NCBI GenBank assembly: GCA_964016885.1
Contig: OZ024741.1
Span: 4,960,001 to 5,024,000, forward strand
DNA: 64,000 nt
Direction: 5' to 3'
Source: Eledone cirrhosa
Lineage: Eukaryota
Part shown: piece after piece, positions 52,157 through 64,000 of the stretch
Position numbering within the stretch: position 1 is the first letter of the stretch
Layout: every line of letters begins with the position of its first letter
Notes under the pieces: generated by a model
The model's input: the letters and a program-made list of their open reading frames with translations, nothing else
Database searches by the model: none
Told to the model about the DNA's origin: nothing
Program-made: the position numbers and the translations under genes

Positions 52157-53865
52157 ACTCTATATATACTATATTATTATCATGGTAAAGGCTTTATCTC
52201 ATATAATATCCCACATAACATTTACACTACTCTATATATACTATATTATTATCATGGTAAAGGCTTTATCTCATATAATACCTCACATAACATTTACATT
52301 ACTCTATATATACTATATTATTATCATGGTAAAGGCTTTATCTCATATAATATCCCACATAACATTTACATTACTCTATATATACTATATTATTATCATG
52401 GTAAAGGCTTTATCTCATATAATATCTCACATAACATTTACACTACTCTATATATACTATATTATTATCATGGTAAAGGCTTTATCTCATATAATATCTC
52501 ACATAACATTTACATTACTCTATATATACTATATTATTATCATGGTAAAGACTTTATCTCATATAATATCTCACATAACATTTACATTACTCTATATATA
52601 CTATATTATTATCATGGTAAAGACTTTATCTCATATAATATCTCACATAACATTTACATTACTCTATATATACTATATTATTATCATGGTAAAGGCTTTA
52701 TCTCGCATAATATCTCACATAACATTTACACTACTCTATATATACTATATTATTATCATGGTAAAGACTTTATCTCATATAATATCTCACATAACATTTA
52801 CATTACTCTATATATACTATATTATTATCATGGTAAAGACTTTATCTCATATAATATCTCACATAACATTTATATTACTCTATATATACTATATTATTAT
52901 CATGGTAAAGGCTTTATCTCGCATAATATCCCACATAACATTTACACTACTCTATATATACTATATTATTATCATGGTAAAGGCTTTATCTCATATAATA
53001 TCCCACATAACATTTACATTACTCTATATATACTATATTATTATCATGGTAAAGGCTTTATCTCGCATAATATCTCACATAACATTTACATTACTCTATA
53101 TATACTATATTATTATCATGGTAAAGGCTTTATCTCGCATAATATCCCACATAACATTTACACTACTCTATATATACTATATTATTATCATGGTAAAGGC
53201 TTTATCTCATATAATATCTCACATAACATTTACATTACTCTATATATACTATATTATTATCATGGTAAAGGCTTTATCTCATATAATATCTCACATAACA
53301 TTTACATTACTCTATATATACTATATTATTATCATGGTAAAGACTTTATCTCATATAATATCTCACATAACATTTACATTACTCTATATATACTATATTA
53401 TTATCATGGTAAAGGCTTTATCTCGCATAATATCCCACATAACATTTACACTACTCTATATATACTATATTATTATCATGGTAAAGGCTTTATCTCATAT
53501 AATATCTCACATAACATTTACATTACTCTATATATACTATATTATTATCATGGTAAAGACTTTATCTCATATAATATCTCACATAACATTTACATTACTC
53601 TATATATACTATATTATTATCATGGTAAAGACTTTATCTCATATAATATCTCACATAACATTTACATTACTCTATATATACTATATTATTATCATGGTAA
53701 AGACTTTATCTCATATAATATCTCACATAACATTTATATTACTCTATATATACTATATTATTATTATGGTAAAGGCTTTATCTCATATAATATCTCACAT
53801 AACATTTACATTACTCTATATATACTATATTATTATCATGGTAAAGGCTTTATCTCACATAATAT
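52157..53865. repeat. 72-bp minisatellite, right part (~24 units)
   Basis: Same unit as 46143-46506. Confidence 0.97.
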
Positions 53866-53926
53866 AAAAATCTCATAGATTTAATATTATTTATTTTTAG
53901 AACAATACCTTAACCCTTTAGTATTA

Positions 53927-54843
53927 ATGTGAGTGAGTTATAAAGAGAAAGAGTGAAAGAAACAGACAGACTAAAAGAGGGGGATAGCGGGAGAGAGGGG
54001 GATACGCTGGAAGAGGGGAGGGAAAGCTATATGTCTTGCTGTCTGCATTACGATACATATATACACACACACACACACTGATCACGTCATAATGACTTAA
54101 TGCAGACGGCCAGACATACAGACAGATATTATAAGGGCGCAACGTTATATCTATGTATCTATCTAAAAAGAAAGACTAAGAATTATAGAGAGAGATCGCT
54201 AAATCGCCTAATGAAATATTTTTTGCTCAAAACACTCACAGGACCATAAGTATTACATGTGTAAAGTTTGAAAATAATCAGTTGGGTGGTTCTCAAGTTT
54301 TAGTGAGCTGACAGACAGACAGACATTCTGTTTTAGATATATAGACTAGCAGAAAACCACCCGGTGGGCGGTTTTCTGCTAGCAAATCTAGTGTATATAC
54401 TGATATTGTTGAGATTTGGATGAGAAATGTTTTCGGCACCACATGTTCACCGTCTCTCGGTGTGTCTTTTATGCATGTATAAATATATATGTTATCTATA
54501 CGGTGAAATCTTTGAAATAAATATATGTTAAAACAGAAAAGGAGAAAAAGAGATTAGTGACGGAAATATAAACGTTATGATACATAAACGTTATGATATA
54601 ACGATGGAAATATATAAATGTTTACGATAAAACGATGGAAATAGAAACGTTTATATATAATGATAAGCCGAAACACTCGTAAGTCGAAACACTCGTAAAG
54701 CGAAACGTATAAATAAAGATTAATGTAATGAATTTGAAAAGCATAGAGATTTGAAACCGCGTCTAATTGTTTCCTTGGCATTTTTTACAGACGAACAGAC
54801 AGACAAACAAACAGAGAAATGCCCATTATATATTATAAGTAGA
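53927..54843 (-). mobile_element. Head-to-tail non-autonomous Helitron-like units
   Basis: Minus strand: a TC-initiated unit 54843 to 54346 ending hairpin + CTAG, followed at once by TCTATATATCTAAAACAG. 53940-54380 is an inverted copy of ~57626-58085. Confidence 0.55.
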
Positions 54844-55153
54844 CTTGGCATGGTGTCAAGTCAGAACCGCCTCGAACTGGTTACTTCTGGCTTGTGCAAG
54901 GTGTCTCTATAGCAACCAGCGATTCCCTCGGCCTCAGTGACCAAAGTCAGTGGAGAGGGGAAGGTAATGTTTCTATAGCGACAGTGTTTCTCTTGGTAGT
55001 ACCAAAGTGGAGAAAGGAAGGGGAAGGTAATATTTCTGTAGCACCTACATTTGAGTTTTAGGGAAGGACAGACAGACAAACAGAGAAATGCCCATATATT
55101 TCTGTGTGTATATATATATATATATTACACACACAGAAATGTATATATATTTC

Positions 55154-55198
<45 letters not shown>

Positions 55199-55314
55199 CA
55201 CACACAGAAATGTATATATATATATATTACACACACAGAAATGTATATATATTTCTGTGTGTATATATATATATTACACACACAGAAATGTATATATATT
55301 TCTGTGTGTGTATA

Positions 55315-56990
55315 TCATCATCATCATCAATGTTTAACGTCCGTGTTCCACGCTTGCATGGGTTTGGACGGGGGTAGTCCCACTTGAGGCAAGAGTGATT
55401 GTCTTGCTCGCATAGGACTGTCTGGCAGGTTTTCTACAGTTGGATGCCCTTCCTAACACCAACCACATTTACAGTGTGGGTCTGGGAGGTTTTTACCGTG
55501 TTGCCTACACAGCCACATTACAGCGTGGACTGTGTGTTTTTTTGTCGTGACACCTACACGATCTCATTTGTTTCGGCCTGGATGGCGCGGCACCAACATA
55601 ACTTTACATAGAACGGGGTGGTGTGGATGGGGTGGGGGTGGTGGTGGTGGGACGGGGTGTATTTTGTTAGAGATGCCTACTGGCTGGAGTAGGTTTTACT
55701 ATATATTTAGGTAAGGCGGGTCTTCTCTGTTACTGAGTACCGCCAAAGGTCTCGGTCCAGTGACATTGTGTTGGAGAGGTGTAAGTGTGTGATGTCGGAG
55801 TTTATCAGCTCGTCCCAGGTTTTTCTAGGTCTGCCTATTCCGTGACTACCGTCTATCTTTATTGCCCTGCACTTTGTTATACAGCTATCGACTTTCATGC
55901 GCATCACGTGTCCATACCAACGTAGCCTTCTCTCGAGTAAACAACATCTGATCCCTCTTATCTCTAATTTTTTCCTTAGTTCGTTTATGCTTTGCCGTTC
56001 ACGTATATTACTGTTACACATCCAGCGGAGCATGCAAGCTTCGTTCCTCTCTAGTCTGCGTATATCCTCTGCACACAATGCCCAGGTCTCACTGCCATGC
56101 AGCATTGCTGTTCGTATGCAGGCATCGTACAACCTGCCTTTCATTTTTAGGGAGAACCCTTTAGCAGCTAATAGTGGTATAAGCTCTCTGAACTTTTTCC
56201 AACCAGTTCTGACTCTAGCTACAGTACTTTCAGAGCACCCTCCCCCACTGCTGATTTTATCGCCCAGGTAACGGAAGCTGTCCACTATTTCTATAGAACC
56301 CTCTGCGCAATTGAAAGAGCTAGTATTTTGTGGGCACTTGCTGCTACTTATTGCACCAGAACACCGGCCACATGTAAAATCTATGTTCTTAGTTAGCTTA
56401 CCTGTGATCCCACTACATCTTTTATGCACCCATACTTTGCATTTAGGACATAAAATGGAGTTTCTACCTACGCCTTTCCTACACACCGAGCACGACCATT
56501 TCCCAGAAGGGACCGCCGCCTTGTTTTCTTTCCTACAAACTAGAACTTTGGTCTTAGCCAGGTTAATTTTAAGTCCTTTTGACTCTAGGCCGTGCTTCCA
56601 TGTTTGGAATTTCTTCTCTAGCTCGGCCATTGATTCCGCTAAGAGTGTCAGGTCGTCTGCGTATAGGAGTTCCCATGGGCAGCCTGTCTTGAACTCCTCT
56701 GTTATAGCCTGAAGGGCAATAATAAATAGTAGGGGGCTGAGAACAGAGCCCTGATGGACGCCAACTTTTACGCTAAACTCTTCACTATATTCGTTGTTAA
56801 TTCTAACCTTGCTGACTGTTTCTTTATACATGGCTTGTATAGCCCTCACAAGCCATTCGTCAACGCCTAGTTTTCTAAGAGCCCACCAGATAATGGAGCG
56901 GGGGACTCTGTCGAAGGCTTTCTCCAAGTCGACAAAAGCTAAGTAGAGGGGTTTACCTTTAGCTAGGTACTTCTCCTGTAGTTGTCGTAC
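55315..56990 (-). mobile_element. RTE-clade LINE, 5'-truncated, with (GAT)n tail
   Basis: Open RT frame to 55707, 3' UTR shared with the other copies, TA-rich flanks. Confidence 0.93.
55707..56990 (-). CDS. RTE reverse transcriptase (partial) with an inserted PHD-like finger
   Basis: FVDLEKAFDRVPR, GVHQGSVLSPLLF, LLYADDL, CSVC..CPKC..HKRC..CGRC, FRYLGD. Confidence 0.9.
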   Translation of the reverse strand, partial: VRQLQEKYLAKGKPLYLAFVDLEKAFDRVPRSIIWWALRKLGVDEWLVRAIQAMYKETVSKVRINNEYSEEFSVKVGVHQGSVLSPLLFIIALQAITEEFKTGCPWELLYADDLTLLAESMAELEKKFQTWKHGLESKGLKINLAKTKVLVCRKENKAAVPSGKWSCSVCRKGVGRNSILCPKCKVWVHKRCSGITGKLTKNIDFTCGRCSGAISSSKCPQNTSSFNCAEGSIEIVDSFRYLGDKISSGGGCSESTVARVRTGWKKFRELIPLLAAKGFSLKMKGRLYDACIRTAMLHGSETWALCAEDIRRLERNEACMLRWMCNSNIRERQSINELRKKLEIRGIRCCLLERRLRWYGHVMRMKVDSCITKCRAIKIDGSHGIGRPRKTWDELINSDITHLHLSNTMSLDRDLWRYSVTEKTRLT

Positions 56991-57625
56991 TATATATATA
57001 TATATATATTACACACACAGAAATGTATATATATTTCTTAGAACAAAATTATTATTAATGTTTTGCTGTTCATAACAATTGGAATTGAAAAATTACTTTG
57101 GAAATTATTAGTTATTTTACTAATGCTTAGATATGTAAAAATGAAGCAATGTTTCTAATAATTGTTTCTACTATTGGCACAAGGCCAGCAATTACCCAGT
57201 ACATTACTGGTACTTTATTTTATCGACTCCGTGAGGATGAAAGGCAAAGTTAACCTCGGCGGTATTTGAACTCAGACCGTAAAGAGACGTAACTCCATGC
57301 TATGAAGCATGGTGTCCAACTCTCTACAGATTCTGCCAATCCACCGCCCTAATGTCTGTACGTAATGAGGGAGTGAGAGGGGAGAGAAAGAAAGGCAGAG
57401 GTGAAGTGATGGACTCTCTCCTCCTCCTCCTCCATCTCCCCATTCGTCACAGCGATAGAGGGGAGGAATGTTAGTGTGTTACAAAGAGAAAGAGTGAGAG
57501 TGAGAGAAACAGACTGACTAAAAGAGAGGGATAGCTGGAGAGAGAGAGAGATAGCAACCACGCGCGCACGTGTTTCCACTGTCGGACAGACAGACAGAGA
57601 AATTGCTGGTTATATATTATAAGGA

Positions 57626-58935
57626 GACTAGCAGAAAACCACCCGAAGGGCGGTTTTCTGCTAGTCTATATATCTAAAACAGAGAATGTCTGTCTGTCTG
57701 TCAGCTCACTAAAACTTGAGAACCATCCAACCGATTGTTTTCAAACTTTAGACATGTAATACTTATGGTCCTGTGAGTGTTTTGAGCAAAAATTATTTCA
57801 AATTTTCAATGCCCTGGGGACCGCATTAGGCGATTTAGCGTTCTCTCTATATAATTCTTAGTCTTTCTTTTTAGATAGATACATAGATATAACGTTGCGC
57901 CCTTATATCTGTCTGTATGTCTGGCTGTCTGCATTACGTCATTATGACGCGCTCAGTGTGTGTGTATATATATATGTATCGTAATGCAGACAGCAAGACA
58001 TAGCTTTCCTTCCCCTCTTCCAGCGTCTCTCTCTCCCTCCCGCTATCCCCCTCTTGTAGTCTGTCTCTTTCTTTCACTCTCTCTCTCTACGCGTCGGACA
58101 GACAGAGAAATTGCTGGTTATATATTATAAGGAGATATATATATATAATTATATATTCGTGTACAGATATTTTTGCATACACAATAACAAAATATAAATA
58201 AACGTATTTATTTTACGAGGCTCAATAAGGATATATATATCAAATATATAAGAACCCTAGAGCAAATCCCGAGTAACGCCGGGCCATTCTGCTAGTATAT
58301 ATATAAAACTGAGGATGTCTGTCTGTGTGTGTGTGAGTTTGAATCCCTAAAACTTGAGAAGTACCCAACCGATTTTTTTCAAACTTTACATGTGTATTAC
58401 TTATGTTTCACGGAGTGTTATGCACATAACAAATTTAACTTTTTGATCCCCTAGGGACCGCATTAGGTGAAAAACTGCGTTTTTTTTCAGCTTTTTAAGG
58501 GTTTTTTAAGGCGTTACGTCAGACCGATTTCCTTGAAATTGTAACTATGTATTAGTCAGTCTCTTCTTCATACTGTGAGAAAAGAAAATCTAACTTTTTT
58601 ATGGCCTAGGTCTCACATTAGGTGAAAAACTTCATCTTTTCAGCTTTTTAGGGTTTTTTTTTAGGCGTTACATCTAGCAGATTTTCCCAAAATTTCAAGG
58701 CATATTATGCACATTAAAAAAAATTCCTTTTCTTGATCCCAAGGGTTCGCATTAGGTGAAAACCTGCATTTTTCCTGCTTCATCGAGGAAAATCTTAAAG
58801 ATTATCCAGCCATCAGAGTATTCAGTTTATTTTCTTTACATATTGTCCAGGCATGCAGTTTTTCCACGATTAGGTCTGTTGGCGGCCCACGTTCCAAAAT
58901 ACCTTATCCTGTGCAACGCCGGGTACCACTGCTAG
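57626..58935 (+). mobile_element. Cluster of non-autonomous Helitron-like units
   Basis: CTAG ends preceded by GC-rich hairpin-like stretches at ~57664, ~58295 and ~58935, the first two followed directly by another head with (GTCT)n. Confidence 0.55.
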
Positions 58936-58943
58936 AATATATA

Positions 58944-59480
58944 AAATTGGTTGTTTTGGAAGCCTCAACAATGCAGATGGATAAATCTCCGGGTAACAGA
59001 ATCAGGTGGTAATGAGAGAGAGAGATGTAAGAGGAAATGTAGAATGAGACGTATATGGTGTAGAGGAACGTAGGAAAGAGTGTAAAAATAATAACACGGG
59101 ATAAAGTTACCTTGGAAGTGATTTAATTGTCCCTATATTTCGGATTTCGCACATACGATAGACAACAGAGGCCACGTGTTGTCCCGCTCCGACTAAAAAA
59201 TTTCCCCCCTCAGAAAAACCCCAGTTGATGGATGCGAAATCCGAAATATAGGGACAATTAAATCACTTTCAAGGTAAGTTTATCCCGTATTATTATGTTT
59301 ACACTTTTTCCTACGTTCCTCTACACCATATACGTCTCATTCTACATTTCCTCTTACATCTCTCTCTCATTACCACCTGATTCTGTTACCTGGAGATTTA
59401 CCCATCTTCATTGTTAAGGCTTCCAAAACAACCAATTTGATTATTCTACAATGTTTCAAGCAAACTTCAACACTCTCTTA
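58944..59480. repeat. Fold-back with ~205-bp arms and an 81-nt loop, plus a short tail
   Basis: 58944-59151 is the reverse complement of 59233-59438, with several mismatches. Confidence 0.9.
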
Positions 59481-59484
59481 TATA

Positions 59485-59740
59485 TCATCATCATCATCAT
59501 CATCGTTTAATGTCCATCTTCCACGCTTGCATGGGTTTGGACGGGAGTTTTCCCACTTGAGGCAAGATCTGTTGTCCTGCTCGTATAGGACTGTCTGGCG
59601 GGTTTTCTACGGCTGGATGCCCTTCCTATAACACCAACCACGTTTGCAGTGTGGACTGTGTGTTTTTTTTTGTCGTGACACCTACACGACTTCATTTGTT
59701 TCGGACTGGATGTTGTGGTACCAACATAACTTCACATTTA
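59485..59740 (-). mobile_element. RTE 3' UTR fragment
   Basis: Matches 55315-55610. Confidence 0.85.
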
Positions 59741-59746
59741 AGGGGG

Positions 59747-59783
<37 letters not shown>

Positions 59784-60593
59784 TGTTTCCTTGAGCAAGA
59801 CACTTTATTTTACATTGCTCCAGTTTAGTCAGCTGTAGAAATGAGATGATAGGACTGGGGTCCCTATCATTCCACTGCAAAGTGGTCGTGGAGGTGCCAC
59901 GGCAAAAAAGCACCCAGCACTCACTGTAAATGAGGTTGGTGTTAAGAAGGACATCCAGCTGTAGAAATCAAGCCAGAATCAGTTCCCGTCCCACCCTTGC
60001 AAGCAGGGAAAAGCGGACGTAAAATGATGATGATGATGATATATTATACAACTGGGGTTGTACACTGAATCATATACGTGTGATATATTTGAAAATGTGG
60101 GAATCTGAAACCTAGAAAACAACTAGGAACAGTTGATTGTTATAAATAATAGCTAAGAAGATTGTGTAAAGTAGGAGTATAGATGTAAAAGATTATCAGC
60201 CGTTACAGAGAACCACAGTGTATATCTGATATATCAGGTGTGTGCATTAACCATGATATTAAGGGCCAGCTGATCACACAGTGTTAAATAAAGCTGCTAT
60301 ACTCAACAGCTTGAGGTGAGAGGAAACACTTCTTATCAAAGCAATGGATGGTATGAAAATGTGGGAATCCCAACTGCAGAAAATAGCTGTAGTAGCAGTT
60401 GATTGCTATAAATAATAGCTAAGAAAATTGGGTAAAAATACACGTATAGACGGTTAATAGCAGGGCTGAATGGGGGGAAATTGCCCCGGATCCCCTGCAG
60501 TGGGGAACTCTCCAGTGATGCTCATAGCAATTTATTTGTGCCCTCAGCCAGGCTTTTTACTTTTAGGATGGTTGGAATTTTTGAATTTAATAC

Positions 60594-60783
60594 CTGTATG
60601 TATAACTTTTCACTTTCAATTACTTGCGCCAAGCTAACTTTGATATGTAAAATTGAGGGGTTTGCTGTGTATTCTAATTTTTGGTCTATGAGGGGTCCCC
60701 CAAGGTCTAAACCCAACCAAAGGGTCATTTTATTGAGTAGAAAGCAAAGGAAATTACAGTGTTATACAAATATTACATGGTCC
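60594..60783 (-). CDS. Host gene, putative first coding exon (ATG 60728: MTLWLGLDLGGPLIDQKLEY...EKLYIQ)
   Basis: Acceptor ttttgtctgcag, donor CAG|gtatta; phase 0 matches the 44531 exon. The start codon is uncertain. Confidence 0.45.
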
Positions 60784-62339
60784 CTGCAGACAAAATGATG
60801 AATGTATCATCATGGGAGTTGACAAGGTACTGACAAAACCCCAGTCCACATTGTGTGGTAGGGAGGCACGTTTTGGTAAATGGTCATATCTATATTGATC
60901 TTTCAACTGTGTAGCCTTAGGCAATTGACAGATAAAGAGGACAGCGTTTTAAAACATGTGACACATAAGCTGTGTTGTATTTTTAGAAACACTCACAGCT
61001 GTGCTGTTTCCATTTTTAGGGTAAAATAAATGTTTATACAATGTCACCAGTGACTCATATGATGCATCACATGATGTAAGAACTAATGAGGAGGAAGAGA
61101 ACACAGCTTGGTAGTTGTATGATCTTGTAATTCCTGACATAGAGGAGCTTTAGTGACATGCAACATGTCTTGGGCTCTTTAAACCTGGCATAGCCTATCC
61201 CATCTCCAGGTCTGAACACAGCCGATTTCTTCCAGAGAAGAAAGAGAGAGGGAACAAGAGATAATATAGAGACAGAACCGACCCTAAGACTGAATTAGTA
61301 CCCTTTATTATTATTATTATTATTATTATTGGCCCAAAAGGATGAATGGCAATGTTGAATTGGGCAGGATTTGAATTCAGAGAGCTGAAACCCATAGTAC
61401 AAACTATTGTATCAGACGTTCTAACAACTCTACCAATTCACCACATAGCTTGGTAGTTAACAAGTACTAAAATCAAAACCTCGCAAGTGAGTTCACAAGA
61501 TAAAGTCTTTTGATTAAATTTAAATGAAATAAAAAACACTTATTAAATGTTGTTGTTTTTATATAAATAAATTATCTATAATAATAATAATGGAATTATT
61601 GTGTAACATTTCTGTTTCATTTCATAACTTAATTGGAGCGACTGGAATTCTATGTAAAACAAACTAGGTTTGAGTTCCGCTACAAAATGTTTAAGGAAGT
61701 CCTGAGACTAAAGGAGATAATTGAAGGGACACAACTCTGATAAGACTACAACAGACTGACATATATTGGATATCAGCTGTTAATACAGTAAATGTAAATA
61801 CATATAAAATATTTGTATAGGAACAATCCTGTTTACTCGGTTTAATTTAATATCCATAACTAAATTTTTATTGCCTACCCTATTTATTTGACATAAAACC
61901 ACCTACACATTTTAAAACAAATTTACCCATATATAACCGTCAGGGACCTAATTTTACAAGATTAAAAACATATATACATTACTCCCTATATATGTTTTCC
62001 TAACATCATATAATTAAGTTCGGGTTGATATAGGGCCTGTCACCCCCCCCCCCCCCCTCCTTGCTCTTTCCTTCCTTTTCCTCTCATTTGTGGCATTTAT
62101 AGTCCTTTCCTCTACTTTCCCATACAACCAGATTTGCCCTTCCCCATTTTTTTCATCATTTAATTTTGATTTTTATATTTCAATCATTGTACAACTTCAG
62201 TCTATAAAATATATTTGACATAATATTTTTATGTCTAACAAACTGCATTTATCTTGTAAAACAAACAAAAAAGGATGTAATACAGAAAAGCTAATTAGAA
62301 AACATTATGAAGGCATGTGAAGATAATGGTTTTCAGGAT

Positions 62340-64000
62340 CGTTAGAATTGTTTAGGTGTGTGTGTGTGTGGGGGGGGGGGGGGTTGAAACTGGATAGTTA
62401 ACCCTAAATTATAGTGTTTAGTGAATGTTAGGACTGTTTAGATGGTGGGGGGTGGGGGGGGGGTATGTTGAAACTGGAGAGTTAGCCCTAAATTATAGTG
62501 TTTAGTGAATGTTAGAACTGTTTAGAAGGTGGGGGGTATGTTGAAACTGGAGAGTTAGGCCTAACTTATAGTGTTTAGTGAATGTTAGAACTGTTTAGAA
62601 GGTGGGGGGTATGTTGAAACTGGAGAGTTAGCCCTAAATTATAGTGTTTAGTGAATGTTAAAACTGTTTAGAAGGTGGGGGTATGTTGAAACTGGAGAGT
62701 TAGCCCTAAATTATAGTTTAGTGAATGTTAAAACTGTTTAGAAGGTGGGGTATGTTGAAACTGGACAGTTAAGCCTAAATTATAGTGTTTAGTGAATGTT
62801 AGAACTGTTTAGGTGGGGAGTATGTTGAAACTGGAGAGTTAACCCTAAATTATAGTGTTTAGTGAATGTTAGAACTGTTTAGAAGGTGGGGGTATGTTGA
62901 AACTGAAGAGTTAGCCCTAAATTATAGTTTAGTGAATGTTAGAACTGTTTAGAAGGTGGGGGTATGTTGAAACTGGAGAGTTAGGCCTAACTTATAGTGT
63001 TTAGTGAATGTTAGAACTGTTTAGAAGGTGGGGGGTATGTTGAAACTGGAGAGTTAGCCCTAAATTATAGTGTTTAGTGAATGTTAAAACTGTTTAAAAG
63101 GTGGGGGTATGTTGAAACTGGAGAGTTAGCCCTAAATTATAGTTTAGTGAATGTTAAAACTGTTTAGAAGGTGGGGTATGTTGAAACTGGACAGTTAAGC
63201 CTAAATTATAGTGTTTAGTGAATGTTAGAACTGTTTAGGTGGGGAGTATGTTGAAACTGGAGAGTTAACCCTAAATTATAGTGTTTAGTGAATGTTAGAA
63301 CTGTTTAGAAGGTGGGGGTATGTTGAAACTGAAGAGTTAGCCCTAAATTATAGTTTAGTGAATGTTAGAACTGTTTAGAAGGTGGGGGTATGTTGAAACT
63401 GGAGAGTTAGCCCTAAATTATAGTGTTTAGTGAATGTTAAAACTGTTTAGAAGGTGGGGGTATGTTGAATCTGGAGGGTTAGCCCTAAATTATAGTGTTT
63501 AGTGAATGTGAGAACTGTTTAGAAGGTGGCGGTATGTTGAAACTGGAGAGATAGGCCTAAATTATAGTGTTTAGTGAATGTTAAAACGGTTTACAAGGTG
63601 AGGGTATGTGGAAACTGGACAGTTACCCCTAAATTATAGTGTTTAGTGAATGTTAGAACTGTTTAGAAGGTGGGGGGGGGGGGGTATGTTGAAACTGGAC
63701 AGTTAAACCTAAATTATAGTGTTTAGTGAATGTTAAAACTGTTTAGAAGGTGGGGGTATGTTGAAACTGGAGAGTTAGCCCTAAATTATAGTGTTTAGTG
63801 AATGTTAGAACTGTTTAGAAGATGGGGGTGGGGTATGTTGAAACTTGACAGTTAACCCTAAATTATAGTGTTTAGTGAATGTTTGAACTGTTTAGAAGGT
63901 GGGGGTTATGTTGAAACTGGAGAGTTAGCCTTAAATTATAGTGTTTAGTGAATGTTAGAACTGTTTAGAAGGGGGGGGGGTATGTTGAAACTGGACAGTT
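62340..64000. repeat. ~72-bp minisatellite with a G-run and a 426-bp (6-unit) higher-order period, running off the window
   Basis: Unit atgttgaaactggagagttagccctaaattatagtgtttagtgaatgttagaactgtttagaaggtgggggt. Diagnostic variants recur at 62763/63189 and 62904/63330. Confidence 0.95.

Noticed and set aside
52139-53878. 579-aa and 561-aa repetitive ORFs
   Set aside because: A 72-bp unit without stops in two frames; no unique domain or splice context, and the array is split by a LINE.
46132-53925. Complete piggyBac-type transposon enclosing the array
   Set aside because: The second ttaaccctttag is in direct, not inverted, orientation and no AGGGTTAA right end was found.

Overview
Eukaryotic (animal) genomic DNA, most likely an octopus or other cephalopod; this is inferred from the tRNA-SINE/RTE families and the extreme (TA)n/(CA)n density. 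Bases 1-38.7 kb are almost entirely retroelements stacked inside (TA)n microsatellites. They include at least eight coding Penelope-like elements (PLEs; RT + GIY-YIG) of three types (Neptune-like, Naiad-like, tentatively Nematis-like), non-coding PLE-type pieces, RTE LINE fragments and SINEs. Nearly every PLE unit carries a minimal type-I hammerhead ribozyme (HHR) motif in its pseudo-LTR; about 30 motifs in total, including core variants and one with a 90-nt domain II. The most striking structure is a 4.8-kb palindromic array of identical 311-bp HHR-containing monomers (retrozyme-like; about 10 + 5 copies back to back). A shared architecture recurs at every scale: two outward-pointing 3' ends abutting (TA)n, with the inversion point often on a pre-existing hairpin. 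From 38.7 to 61 kb a five-exon, phase-consistent host gene of unknown family lies on the minus strand. Its 16-kb intron holds an intact two-ORF Tx1-like L1-clade LINE inserted in a 72-bp minisatellite, Helitron-like pieces and an RTE. The window ends in a second ~72-bp minisatellite with a 426-bp higher-order period. Element boundaries were read by eye and are approximate to a few bp. Most ORFs in the supplied track are microsatellite or antisense artefacts.
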